Source: Deltaproteobacteria bacterium HGW-Deltaproteobacteria-19
GTDB lineage: Bacteria > Desulfobacterota > Syntrophia > Syntrophales > PHBD01
Direction: 5' to 3'
Length of the DNA stretch: 64,000 bases
NCBI GenBank assembly: GCA_002841865.1
Contig: PHBD01000006.1
Location: 39,883-103,882 of the forward strand
A program made the translations under genes and the position numbers. The notes under the pieces are model-generated. The model did not search any database, was not told where the DNA came from, and saw only the letters and a program-made list of their open reading frames with translations. Below, piece by piece: positions 35,914 through 45,179 of this stretch; position 1 is the stretch's first letter, and each line of letters begins with the position of its first letter.

Positions 35914-36819
35914 GTGGAGGAGTTTTTTCAGCAGTTTGCCAACGGGCTCGCCGTGGGAGGGATCTATGCCCTGATCGCCCTGGGCTACACCATGGTGTAC
36001 GGGGTGCTCAAGCTCATCAATTTCGCTCACGGGGACCTGTTCACCATCGGCGCCTACCTGGGGCTGACCGTTCTGGCCGCCCTGGGACTGACCGAGTTCT
36101 ATGGTGCCGTGATCGGCGTTCTCCTGGTGGCCGTCATGATCATGGGGATGCTGGCGGCCATCGGTGCCGTCCTGGACCGGGCGGCCTATCGACCCCTGCG
36201 GGAATCACCCCGCCTCTCGGCGGTGGTCTCCGCCCTCGGGGCCTCCATCTTCCTCCAGAACCTGGTGATGCTCATCTACGGGGCCCGCTTCCAGGTCTAT
36301 CCGCTGGACATCCTGCCATCCACATCCATCTCACTGTTCCAGGTCGACATCCCGGTCGTGAAAGTGGTTGTCCTGGCGGCATCCATCCTGCTGATGGCGG
36401 TCCTGTATCTTTTCGTCCAGCGGACCCGGATCGGAACGGCCATCCGGGCGGCCGCCATCGACCAGGGGGCGGCGCGGCTCATGGGGATCGACGTGAACCG
36501 GGTCATCCTGATCGTGTTCCTCATCGGCCCAGCCCTGGGCGGCGTGGCGGGTCTGATGGTGGGGCTCCTCTACGGGCAGATCAACTTCACCATGGGCTGG
36601 ACATACGGCCTCAAGGCCTTTACCGCGGCGATCCTGGGCGGGATCGGCAACATCCCCGGGGCCATGGTGGGAGGTCTTCTCCTGGGGGTTATCGAGGCCC
36701 TCGGCGCCGCCTATATCTCGATCGCCTGGAAGGACGCCATCGCCTTCTGCGTCCTCATTGCGATCCTCATCGTCCGCCCCACGGGACTCCTGGGAGAGCG
36801 GGTGGCGGAAAAGATCTGA
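35914..36819 (+). CDS. livH: Branched-chain amino acid ABC transporter permease LivH
   Basis: GTG 35914 gives 'MEEFFQQFANGLAVGGIYALIALGYTMVYGVLKLINFAHGD', the canonical LivH N-terminus. Confidence 0.9.
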   Translation: MEEFFQQFANGLAVGGIYALIALGYTMVYGVLKLINFAHGDLFTIGAYLGLTVLAALGLTEFYGAVIGVLLVAVMIMGMLAAIGAVLDRAAYRPLRESPRLSAVVSALGASIFLQNLVMLIYGARFQVYPLDILPSTSISLFQVDIPVVKVVVLAASILLMAVLYLFVQRTRIGTAIRAAAIDQGAARLMGIDVNRVILIVFLIGPALGGVAGLMVGLLYGQINFTMGWTYGLKAFTAAILGGIGNIPGAMVGGLLLGVIEALGAAYISIAWKDAIAFCVLIAILIVRPTGLLGERVAEKI

Positions 36820-36842
36820 AGGGCAGTGGAAGTGAAGGACAC

Positions 36843-37799
36843 ATGAAGAACAGAAACGCCATCCTTTTCATCCTGTTTTCGGCTGGCCTGGCGACGCTGC
36901 CCCCGTTCCTGAATGCCTATTGGGTGGACGTCCTGAACTCGATCGGAATTTATGCCATCCTCGGATTGAGCCTGAACCTGATCGTAGGCCACACAGGGCT
37001 GTTCAACCTGGGTCATGCGGCCTTCTTTGCCATCGGGGCCTACACGGCGGCCATCCTCAACACGACCTTCGGCATCCCCATCCTGTGGCTTCTTCCGGTT
37101 TCCGCCCTGGCCGCCGGTCTTTTCGCGGCGGTTGTGGCCCGTCCCATCGTCCATCTCCGGGGCGATTACCTTTGCATCGTTACGATCGGCGTCGGCGAGA
37201 TCGTCCGCATTGCTCTCGTCAACGATATTTTCGGGATTACCGGCGGGGCCAACGGGATTTTCGACATTTCCCGGCCGTCGGTTTTCGGGTTGATCATCCG
37301 GACGCCTTATGAATTTTTCTACCTGATCTGGTTCTTTCTGGGGGTCACCATCGTCCTGTTCCACTTCCTGGAAAACTCCCGTTTCGGCCGGGCCCTCAAC
37401 TACCTCCGGGAGGACGAGGTGGCCGCCGAGGGCAGCGGCATCCCGACGGCGCGTTACAAGCTCGGCGTCTTTGCCCTGGGGGCTGCCTGGGCGGGAATGG
37501 TAGGGCTGATCTTCGCCTCCAAGATGACGATCATCGCCCCCGAGTCCTTCAGTTTCTGGGAATCGGTCCTGATGTTCACCCTCATCATCCTGGGGGGGGC
37601 GGGAAGCATCCCCGGCGTCCTCCTGGGAGCCGCCCTCATCGTCGGGATCCCGGAGGTCTTCCGCGATCTCGCCAATGCGCGGATGCTCGTCTTCGGCGCC
37701 GCCATGGTGGTGATGATGATCTTCCGCACGGAGGGGATCATCCCCCAGCGGCCACGGGTCTACAGGATCGAGGCAATTCCCGGGGAGGAGCGGCCGTGA
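36843..37799 (+). CDS. livM: Branched-chain amino acid ABC transporter permease LivM
   Basis: ATG at 36843. 'LNLIVGHTGLFNLGHAAFFAIGAY' is a LivM motif. Confidence 0.9.
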   Translation: MKNRNAILFILFSAGLATLPPFLNAYWVDVLNSIGIYAILGLSLNLIVGHTGLFNLGHAAFFAIGAYTAAILNTTFGIPILWLLPVSALAAGLFAAVVARPIVHLRGDYLCIVTIGVGEIVRIALVNDIFGITGGANGIFDISRPSVFGLIIRTPYEFFYLIWFFLGVTIVLFHFLENSRFGRALNYLREDEVAAEGSGIPTARYKLGVFALGAAWAGMVGLIFASKMTIIAPESFSFWESVLMFTLIILGGAGSIPGVLLGAALIVGIPEVFRDLANARMLVFGAAMVVMMIFRTEGIIPQRPRVYRIEAIPGEERP

Positions 37800-38563
37800 C
37801 GCCCCTGCTATCACTCCAGGATCTCACCAAGACCTTCGGCGGCCTCGTGGCTGTGAACCGCGTCTCCTTCGACGTGGCGGCGGGGAGCATCGTCGGACTG
37901 ATCGGTCCCAACGGCGCCGGCAAGACGACCGTCTTCAACCTGATTACGGGCAACTACAAGCCCGATGCGGGCAGGATCCTCTTCGAGGGAAAACCCATCA
38001 GCGGCCTGCTCACCTCGAAGATTGTGACCCTCGGCATTGCCCGGACGTTTCAGACGATCCGGTTGTTCCAGAGCATGTCCGTGCTGGAGAATGTCCTGGC
38101 GGGCTGCCACTGCCGCATGAGAGCCGGGTTTCTTTCTTCCATGCTCCGGACGCCCTCGCAGCGTCGGGAGGAACGCGATGCCGTGGCGAAGGCCGTACGG
38201 GAGCTGTCTTTCGTCGGTCTACACGAGCAGGTGAACCAGCTCTCCCGGAATCTGTCTTACGGGAATCAGCGTCTCCTGGAAATTGCCCGGGCGCTGGCGA
38301 CGGAACCCCGCTTCCTGATCCTCGACGAGCCGGCGGGAGGGATGAACGAGCAGGAAACGGCCCTGCTGGTGGGACTGATCGGGCGGATCCGGGACCGCGG
38401 GATCACGGTGCTCCTCATCGAGCACGACATGTCCCTCGTGATGAAGGCCTGCGAGGAAGTCGTGGTGCTGGAAAACGGTGAGTTGATCGCCGAAGGCACG
38501 CCGGAGCAGGTCAAGGAAGACCCCAAAGTCATCGAGGCCTACCTCGGGGTCGCGGAGGACTGA
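37796..38563 (+). CDS. livG: Branched-chain amino acid ABC transporter ATP-binding protein LivG
   Basis: Walker A 'GPNGAGKTT' and signature 'LSYGNQRLLEIARAL'. The GTGA start/stop overlaps livM. Confidence 0.92.
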   Translation: MTPLLSLQDLTKTFGGLVAVNRVSFDVAAGSIVGLIGPNGAGKTTVFNLITGNYKPDAGRILFEGKPISGLLTSKIVTLGIARTFQTIRLFQSMSVLENVLAGCHCRMRAGFLSSMLRTPSQRREERDAVAKAVRELSFVGLHEQVNQLSRNLSYGNQRLLEIARALATEPRFLILDEPAGGMNEQETALLVGLIGRIRDRGITVLLIEHDMSLVMKACEEVVVLENGELIAEGTPEQVKEDPKVIEAYLGVAED

Positions 38564-38626
38564 CCCCTCGTTCCCCCGGCGGATGTGAATTTTGGAAAAA
38601 CCGGAAAAATCCTTCCTTCATCCCCT

Positions 38627-39205
38627 TCAATGATTCACAAGCAGCAGATTGACGTCCCGGCCTCCTTTTTCGACGATATGGCGGAGGTAGGATCGGTGTT
38701 CGGCGAAATCATAGCGAAGGAATGCATCCCGGACTTCCTGTGTTTCCGAGACAAAACGAATTGAAATGGTGAATCCCTGCTTCTGCTCCATGGACCGGAT
38801 CACTTCTCCGTATATCGTGAGCAGGACATGGGGCTGGCCATAGAGGACCAGTTTCATCTCCAGGAGCTCACCGGGATCAAAGGCTTCGGAGGAGTGGAAG
38901 CGCATGCCGATCGCGCTCAGGTTCATGACCCGGAAGGACAGGGCCATGAAACCCTTCTTCTCGGGCATCATAAGGCTCAGGATAGCCGACAGCTTACTGT
39001 CCAGGCGGGAGAACACCTCGGCCAGAGAAGCGCTTTCCAGCGAGGGAGGCGTCGTGAAGTCCACGACAAAGGCATCCCGCTCCACTCTTGATTCCAGTTC
39101 CGAGGCCGATTTTGCCCCGACACGCCGCACCGCCATTGGCATGTAGGTGTTAACCCGGGAATAATGTCGCTGGTTCGGTTTCTTTGTCACAGTTTTTTTC
39201 TTCAA
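38627..39205 (-). CDS. PilZ domain protein (putative c-di-GMP receptor) with an insertion between the two binding motifs
   Basis: 'QRHYSRV' (RxxxR, residues 13-17) and 'NLSAIGM' (NxSxxG, residues 95-100), separated by a helical segment of about 75 aa. Confidence 0.7.
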   Translation of the reverse strand: MKKKTVTKKPNQRHYSRVNTYMPMAVRRVGAKSASELESRVERDAFVVDFTTPPSLESASLAEVFSRLDSKLSAILSLMMPEKKGFMALSFRVMNLSAIGMRFHSSEAFDPGELLEMKLVLYGQPHVLLTIYGEVIRSMEQKQGFTISIRFVSETQEVRDAFLRYDFAEHRSYLRHIVEKGGRDVNLLLVNH

Positions 39206-39277
39206 GAGAGTTCCTCCCCTGTTACGGTTTTTATTAGGAAGGCCCGCCGGTACGGGTGCGCGGCAACCGGGAACGGG

Positions 39278-40531
39278 TCATCGTTTTTCAAATTCTTTGA
39301 TGAGTTCCTCGATGGAGGCCTCTTCCTTGATGTTCAGCAGGTTCTCGATGCCTTCCACATCATGGCCCATATGCGGGGTGACGGATGGACGCAGCATGAC
39401 ACGCAGCCTGTCCGCCACATCCGATGCATCCATGTCGGTCTGGGAATCCGTATAGGCGTCCTTCCTCAGAAGAACCGAGTGATACATCGGCTCCTGGTCC
39501 GATTCTTCCGAAGGACGAAAGACATCGATCGGTGAGGCGAATTTCTGGCGAGTGAGCAGGAACTCTTCCATGTAGCGATCGGCAGAAAACATGCCGCTGC
39601 CCCTGCCGGTCTGGAGAAATCCCTCGATCTGGTGCAGCTTGTTGTCGCGGATCACGTTCTTCACCGGCGTGGTTCCGCGCAGGATGGAAAGCAGTGGGAC
39701 GCGGAAATTGATTCCCTTTAGGGGGACCAGATCCTGAACGATCAGCCAGGAGATGACGGAGGCGAGCTGGATCCGGATGGCATCCTGGGAGTCCGGGGGG
39801 AAAGAGTTCAGGAGGCGGTACATTGCCTCTTCCACGCTCGATGCATGCAGGGTCCCGATGACCAGGTGGCCGGACTCGGCTACGTTCAGGGTCAGGCGCA
39901 TGGTCTCGGGATCGCGGAGCTCGCCGACAACGATCACATCGGGGTCTTCCCGCAGGATGTCGATAAGCCCCCGATCGAAGGACGGCATGTCCATGCCGAG
40001 CTCCCGCTGCTGGATCACGCACTTTTTGGACTGAAAGCGATACTCGATGGGATTCTCCAATGTGATGATGTGCCCCAGCCGGTTGGCGTTGATCTCGTCG
40101 ATGACGGCGGCGATGGTGGATGTCTTTCCGACGCCCGTGGCCCCGCAGAACAGGACAAGCCCCGATTCCAGCGAACTGATCTCGTGGAGGCACGGGTGGA
40201 GGTTCAGATCGTCGATCGTGGGAGGATTCCCCGGGAGGATGCGAATGGCCAGGCTCAGCCCGCGGTTGTTGCTGAATACATTGACACGCAGGCGGGCGCG
40301 GAAGATGCTGATGGCGAAGTCCACGGAAAAGCGCTCCTGAAGCGTCTGGAAATGCTGCGGGGAGAGAAGCTTGCGGACGAGAGCATCAATTTCCCGGGCA
40401 CCCCAGGGCTGTTGGCCGTGGAAGCTGATAAGGCCGTGCTTCCGGTAGGCCGCCCGGTGGCCGGGGATGATGTGGAGATCGGAAGATCCTTCTTTGATGG
40501 CCTGTCGTATGGTTTCCTCGAACCGCTTCAT
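39278..40531 (-). CDS. PilT/PilU-family secretion ATPase with acidic C-terminal extension
   Basis: Walker A 'GATGVGKTS', Asp box 'ITLENPIEY', Walker B 'DPDVIVVGELRD' and His box 'GHLVIGTLHA'. A PilT-like 'VKNVIRDNKLHQIE' is present, plus about 75 extra C-terminal residues. Confidence 0.85.
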   Translation of the reverse strand: MKRFEETIRQAIKEGSSDLHIIPGHRAAYRKHGLISFHGQQPWGAREIDALVRKLLSPQHFQTLQERFSVDFAISIFRARLRVNVFSNNRGLSLAIRILPGNPPTIDDLNLHPCLHEISSLESGLVLFCGATGVGKTSTIAAVIDEINANRLGHIITLENPIEYRFQSKKCVIQQRELGMDMPSFDRGLIDILREDPDVIVVGELRDPETMRLTLNVAESGHLVIGTLHASSVEEAMYRLLNSFPPDSQDAIRIQLASVISWLIVQDLVPLKGINFRVPLLSILRGTTPVKNVIRDNKLHQIEGFLQTGRGSGMFSADRYMEEFLLTRQKFASPIDVFRPSEESDQEPMYHSVLLRKDAYTDSQTDMDASDVADRLRVMLRPSVTPHMGHDVEGIENLLNIKEEASIEELIKEFEKR

Positions 40532-40768
40532 GGTTGCCTCCCGAACGAGGTATCAATGGTGTGCCGAAGAACCCGCGGGGGAAACGAATGAACGGTTGAA
40601 GCAAGGTCCGGCATGTTCTCCCGCAGGACGTCGACGATATCCTCAAGTCTTTGAAAAGTTGGATGATCATTGCAAAACGATCAGGCGATTGCAACAAAAA
40701 AAGACCCAGGATTGAAGAATCAGTTACGTTCCGGCGTCCCGATTTCGATTCCATACAGGACTTTTTCG

Positions 40769-40797
40769 TTGACTTCACCAAACCGAAAAACTATGGA
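40769..40797 (+). promoter_or_regulatory. Candidate sigma70 promoter dedicated to livF
   Basis: TTGACT (40769-40774), 17-nt spacer, TATGGA (40792-40797), 24 nt upstream of GTG 40821. Confidence 0.45.
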
Positions 40798-40820
40798 TTC
40801 AGCCGTGCTGCGCATGTGCC

Positions 40821-41561
40821 GTGATGGAGAGAATTGAGATGGCCGAACTCCTGGAAATACGAAACCTTCATGTCTGTTATGGGAACGTGGAAGTCCTGCA
40901 TGGAATCGACCTGTCCGTGGAGGAGGGGGAGATCGTTTCGCTGCTGGGTGCCAACGGTGCCGGAAAGTCGACGACCCTCCTGGCCGTCAGCGGTATTGTC
41001 CGCTCCTCGGAAGGGGCGATTTCCCTGGACCGGGATGACATCCACCGGCTTCCGGCTCACGAGGTCGTAAAGCGCGGGGTCACCCAGGCACCGGAAGGCA
41101 GGCGGATCTTCGGAACCCTGACGGTGGACGAAAACCTGACCCTGGGCGGCTTCGTCCGTTCGGATGCCAAGGGGATCGATGAGACCCGCGCCTGGGTTTA
41201 CCGGCTGTTTCCGGTGCTGAGCCAGCGCCGGGAACAACTCGGCGGGACGCTGTCCGGGGGGGAGCAGCAGATGCTCACCATCGGACGAGCCCTCATGGCC
41301 AAACCCCGGATTCTTCTTCTCGACGAGCCCTCACTGGGCCTGGCGCCGCTTCTCGTCCAGACCATCTTTCAGACCATCCGGGAAATCAACCGGGCCGGAC
41401 TGACGGTCCTCCTGGTGGAGCAGAACGCGCGGGCAGCCCTGAAACTTGCCCATCGCGGGTACGTCATGGAACTCGGGCGCATTGTCCTGGAGGATTCGGC
41501 AGCGAACCTGCTCGCCAACCCGGATGTCCAGAAGGCCTACCTCGGGGGGAGCAACGCCTGA
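40821..41561 (+). CDS. livF: Branched-chain amino acid ABC transporter ATP-binding protein LivF
   Basis: Walker A 'GANGAGKSTT' and signature 'LSGGEQQMLTIGRAL'. The likely start is ATG 40824 or 40839 ('MAELLEIRNL'). Confidence 0.92.
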   Translation: MMERIEMAELLEIRNLHVCYGNVEVLHGIDLSVEEGEIVSLLGANGAGKSTTLLAVSGIVRSSEGAISLDRDDIHRLPAHEVVKRGVTQAPEGRRIFGTLTVDENLTLGGFVRSDAKGIDETRAWVYRLFPVLSQRREQLGGTLSGGEQQMLTIGRALMAKPRILLLDEPSLGLAPLLVQTIFQTIREINRAGLTVLLVEQNARAALKLAHRGYVMELGRIVLEDSAANLLANPDVQKAYLGGSNA

Positions 41562-41699
41562 CAGGGGCGTGCGGAACCGGAAAAGCGAGATTTCCCAGGC
41601 CTGGAAAGAGAGGGGCGTAAAGCCGAAAGATGTTCACTCCCGTACGAATTCTTTCCTGATTGAGCAATCGCCCGCCCGCATCGGGTGGGGCCGAACGAC

Positions 41700-42416
41700 A
41701 TGGACGATATCCGTTCCCAACTGAAGATCGCCCTCTACCGGAAAGGGGCATCCCTCCTTGGATTCGCAGATCTCCGCAATCTTCCACCCGACTGCCGGAA
41801 GTCCCTGCCGATCGGTCTTTCCATTGCCGTGGCCCTCGACCCGATGGTTGTTACCGGGATCGAAACGGGACCGACGCCATCCTATTTTGAGGAATACGGA
41901 AGGATAAACCGGCTCCTGGCGGAACTCGGCCGGGCCGCCGCGGATATTCTTGCGGACAGGGGATGGAAGGCTGTCCCTGCGGAGCCGACCCGGGAGGTTT
42001 TTTCCCCGGATTTCCGAACGCCCCTTCCCCACAAGACGGTGGCCACCCGGGCGGGGCTGGGCTGGATCGGCCGCAACGCCCTGCTGATCACGGAGCCTTA
42101 CGGTTCGGCGGTCCGCCTCATGACGGTTCTCACCGACGCTCCCTTCACGGTGTCTCCTCCGGTCGAGACATCCCGCTGCGGAACCTGCAGACTCTGCGTG
42201 GATGCATGCCCGGGCCGGGCACCACGGGGAGAGGAATGGGGGGTGGGAAAGGACCGCGATGACATCCTGGATGTCCATGCCTGTTACGGGACTGCCAGGA
42301 GTCTTTCCGGCCGGGCAGGCATCGCCGCCACCACGATCTGCGGCATCTGCATCGCCTGCTGTCCCTGGACGAGGCGTTATCTGAGGCAGAGTCTCCGTCC
42401 CGGGCGGTCCGGATAG
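41700..42416 (+). CDS. QueG/reductive-dehalogenase-like 4Fe-4S protein (short form)
   Basis: 'PHKTVATRAGLGWIGRNALLITEPYGSAVRLMTVLTDAPF' is the QueG-family core. 'CGTCRLCVDACP' and 'CGICIACCPW' are present. It is shorter than a canonical epoxyqueuosine reductase. Confidence 0.65.
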   Translation: MDDIRSQLKIALYRKGASLLGFADLRNLPPDCRKSLPIGLSIAVALDPMVVTGIETGPTPSYFEEYGRINRLLAELGRAAADILADRGWKAVPAEPTREVFSPDFRTPLPHKTVATRAGLGWIGRNALLITEPYGSAVRLMTVLTDAPFTVSPPVETSRCGTCRLCVDACPGRAPRGEEWGVGKDRDDILDVHACYGTARSLSGRAGIAATTICGICIACCPWTRRYLRQSLRPGRSG

Positions 42417-42445
42417 GGTACTGTCTTTCGGAAATATCCCGCGGC

Positions 42446-43612
42446 TTACGGAATGGAGTTGGCGAACCACACGAACCGGCCGTCCTGGATCTTCATGATG
42501 ACGGCGCTCTTGATCGGATCCCCGGAACCTTCGCGGAACTCCATGATCCCCGTGACTCCCTTGTACTCAGGGATTCTTGCCAGGGCGTCCCGGACGGCCA
42601 GTCGGTCCAGCCTGCCTGCCGTCCGAAGGGCCTGCCAGATCAGACCGAAGGAGTCATAAGTCAAGGCGGCCACATCGTCGGGCATGGCACCATACGTCTT
42701 CCTGTAGGTCTCCACGAATGCCTTCGCCGACGGCGTGGTCATATCCGCCGAGAAGTGGGTGCTGAAGAAACTGCCGTCGCAGTCTTTCCCGCACGACTTC
42801 AGGATTTGAGCCGTGCCCCAGGAATCGCTGCCGAGGAAAAGGGACTGAATCCCGAGTTTTCTGGCCTGCCGGATCTGGCTGGGAACTTCCGTATAGTGAT
42901 TGGGAAGGAAAATCACGTCCGGCTGGGCATCCCGGATCCTTGTCAACGGGGCGGTGAAGTCTTTGGTGCCGGTGGCATAGGGCTCAAATGCCACAATTCT
43001 ACCCCCCCTTTTGATGAAGACATCCCTGAAAACCTCTGCAATGCCCCTGTTGTAGTCCACCATATCGTCGAACAGGATGGCGGCCTTGCCGGCTTTCTGC
43101 CCGTCGTGGGCGAATTTTGCCAGCACCTGCCCCTGGAACGGATCGATGAAACAGGCCCGGAACACGTATTTCTTCGTGCCCCCCGTCCTGGCGTCCAGGG
43201 TCGTCCTGGGCGTGGTGGACGCGGGCGATAGGAGGACGGTCCCGGCGCTCTCGGCGGCGTCCGAGGCGGGGATCGCGAAACGGCTCTCGTTGGGCCCCAC
43301 GATGGCTATAACCTTATCGCTGTCGATCAGCTTCCGGGCTGCTGCGGCCGATGCATCTGCCTTGCCCGCATTGTCGACGACCACCAGTTTTACTTTATAG
43401 TTCCTGTTCCCTATGGTCAGGCCGCCGCTATCGTTGATTTCCCTGACGGCCATTTCGGCAGCATTTTTGCAGGATACGCCCACCGCGGAGGTCTCACCTG
43501 TCAACTCCGCAATCAGCCCGATTCGGAGATCCGTCAGCCTGTCACTGCCGCCACAGCCTGCCAGGATGAGCATGAGCGGGACCAGAATCGCGGATCCGAA
43601 TATCTTCTTCAT
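42446..43612 (-). CDS. ABC transporter substrate-binding lipoprotein (Leu/Ile/Val-binding family), orphan
   Basis: Lipobox 'LILAGCGG'. 'LRIGLIAELTGETSAVGVSCKNAAEMAV' is a type I periplasmic binding fold. No adjacent permease genes. Confidence 0.8.
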   Translation of the reverse strand: MKKIFGSAILVPLMLILAGCGGSDRLTDLRIGLIAELTGETSAVGVSCKNAAEMAVREINDSGGLTIGNRNYKVKLVVVDNAGKADASAAAARKLIDSDKVIAIVGPNESRFAIPASDAAESAGTVLLSPASTTPRTTLDARTGGTKKYVFRACFIDPFQGQVLAKFAHDGQKAGKAAILFDDMVDYNRGIAEVFRDVFIKRGGRIVAFEPYATGTKDFTAPLTRIRDAQPDVIFLPNHYTEVPSQIRQARKLGIQSLFLGSDSWGTAQILKSCGKDCDGSFFSTHFSADMTTPSAKAFVETYRKTYGAMPDDVAALTYDSFGLIWQALRTAGRLDRLAVRDALARIPEYKGVTGIMEFREGSGDPIKSAVIMKIQDGRFVWFANSIP

Positions 43613-43851
43613 GAACGGATGCCTCCCTGTCTATCGGGGTGTGCCCATTTTGATAAAGGAATGTCCGGTGCGAATCAAGGAGAATAAATGCCGGCATAGC
43701 ACCGGCTATGAAGTCGGGGCTTCCCGGGCGGTGGTCGAATGCAATGAAGCCCTTGTGCACCCAGGGGGGCAATGATAAAGAGGAACTGGTCTCCCGCCGG
43801 CCCGCTTCCCGTTTTGGCGGATCTCCCTTTCTGATGTGCGTCGCGAGGTTT

Positions 43852-44727
43852 ATGGATAACCAGAAGAAGGCCTATGGGTATGCCCTGGCAACGGTGCTGC
43901 TCTGGTCGACGGTGGCCTCGGCATTCAAGATCACCCTGCGCTACCTGTCGTTCCTGGAGATGCTTTTTCTTGCTTCCCTCACTTCTGCGGTGGCGATCTT
44001 CGGGATCCTCTGCATTCAAGGCAAACTCGGTTTTCTCCGGGGCATGACCCGCCGGGAATGGTTCCATTCGGCCATCCTGGGATTGCTGAACCCGTTTGCC
44101 TATTACCTGATTCTCTTCAAGGCCTACGACCTCCTCCCCGCCCAGGAGGCCCAGCCCCTGAATTACACATGGCCCATCATGCTGGTTCTTTTGTCTGCCC
44201 TCATCCTTCGCCAGCGGATCCGAGCCGTGAGCGCGGCTGCCATCCTCCTCAGTTTCGCCGGAGTTCTGATCGTTTCCACCCGGGGTGACCTCCAGGGGTT
44301 CCGGTTCACCAACCCGGCAGGAGCGGCCCTGGCCCTGTCCAGTTCGATCCTCTGGGCCCTCTTCTGGCTATTCAACGTGAAGGACCCCCGGGACGAGGCA
44401 CTCAAGCTCTTCCTGTGCTTCGCCTTCGGTACGGTATATACGTTTGCGGCTCTCGTGCTGTTTGCACCTCTCCGGTGCATCCCGGTTCCGGGTTTACTGG
44501 GCGCATGCTACATCGGCCTCTTCGAGATGGGCATTACCTTTGTCCTCTGGCTGAAGGCCCTGACCCTGTCCCGGAGCACCGCTCAGGTGAGCAACCTGAT
44601 CTACCTGTCCCCCTTTGTATCCCTCTTCTTTATTACCATGACCGTCGGCGAGCCGATCCTTCCTTCCACGGTTTTGGGACTGTCTCTGATCATGGCGGGC
44701 GTGGTTCTCCAGCAACGCTTCTCATGA
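43852..44727 (+). CDS. EamA/DMT-family transporter
   Basis: About 290 aa and 10 TM. 'ATVLLWSTVASAFKI' is typical of an EamA domain N-terminus. Confidence 0.8.
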   Translation: MDNQKKAYGYALATVLLWSTVASAFKITLRYLSFLEMLFLASLTSAVAIFGILCIQGKLGFLRGMTRREWFHSAILGLLNPFAYYLILFKAYDLLPAQEAQPLNYTWPIMLVLLSALILRQRIRAVSAAAILLSFAGVLIVSTRGDLQGFRFTNPAGAALALSSSILWALFWLFNVKDPRDEALKLFLCFAFGTVYTFAALVLFAPLRCIPVPGLLGACYIGLFEMGITFVLWLKALTLSRSTAQVSNLIYLSPFVSLFFITMTVGEPILPSTVLGLSLIMAGVVLQQRFS

Positions 44728-44782
44728 CTCCGGAGACCGCTCCCGAGGAAGGATAACCTCCCGGGCGGGTTATGACAATTCC

Positions 44783-44811
44783 TTGACAAATGACCGGAAT
44801 CAAGTTAGCAA
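44783..44811 (+). promoter_or_regulatory. Possible sigma70 promoter far upstream of the mutase operon
   Basis: TTGACA (44783-44788), 17-nt spacer, TAGCAA (44806-44811). It would give a leader of about 360 nt. Confidence 0.3.
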
Positions 44812-45179
44812 AGATACGCTTTACCAGTGCCCGCAGTTCATGGGGATGGTCTTTCGGTACCGGACCCTCAGGCTCTCGGCAGAAGCGCTCGTCTTGATCC
44901 GGTGTTCGGTCCGGAGGGGGGTTTTCAAACACAACATTCGAGGATGCACGACCGTTAGGTCGGACGGTATGATTGTACGGTCCCTTCATATCGCACCACC
45001 CCCCTGTTTCTTATTCTTTCCCCGGTTCTGTTCGCTTTGCCCGTTTCCGCAGCGGGTTGTTTCCCTTTTCATTTCGACCGTACAACCGATGTTCCGATCC
45101 ATTTGGGTAGGCCTGCGCCGGGATTCCTGTCCGCGGCGCTGAACGTTGGTAGCGAATACTTTGGAAAGGAGGGGGTAAC

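Noticed and set aside
35868-36842. Upstream two-fifths of the 643-aa ORF that contains livM.
   Set aside because: This part is an out-of-frame read through livH with an Arg/Gly/Pro-rich translation. The livM signature begins at ATG 36843.
44728-45179. Adenosylcobalamin riboswitch upstream of the mutase operon.
   Set aside because: I could not find the conserved B12-box/GGGAA-type core by eye. The region is kept only as an unexplained long leader.
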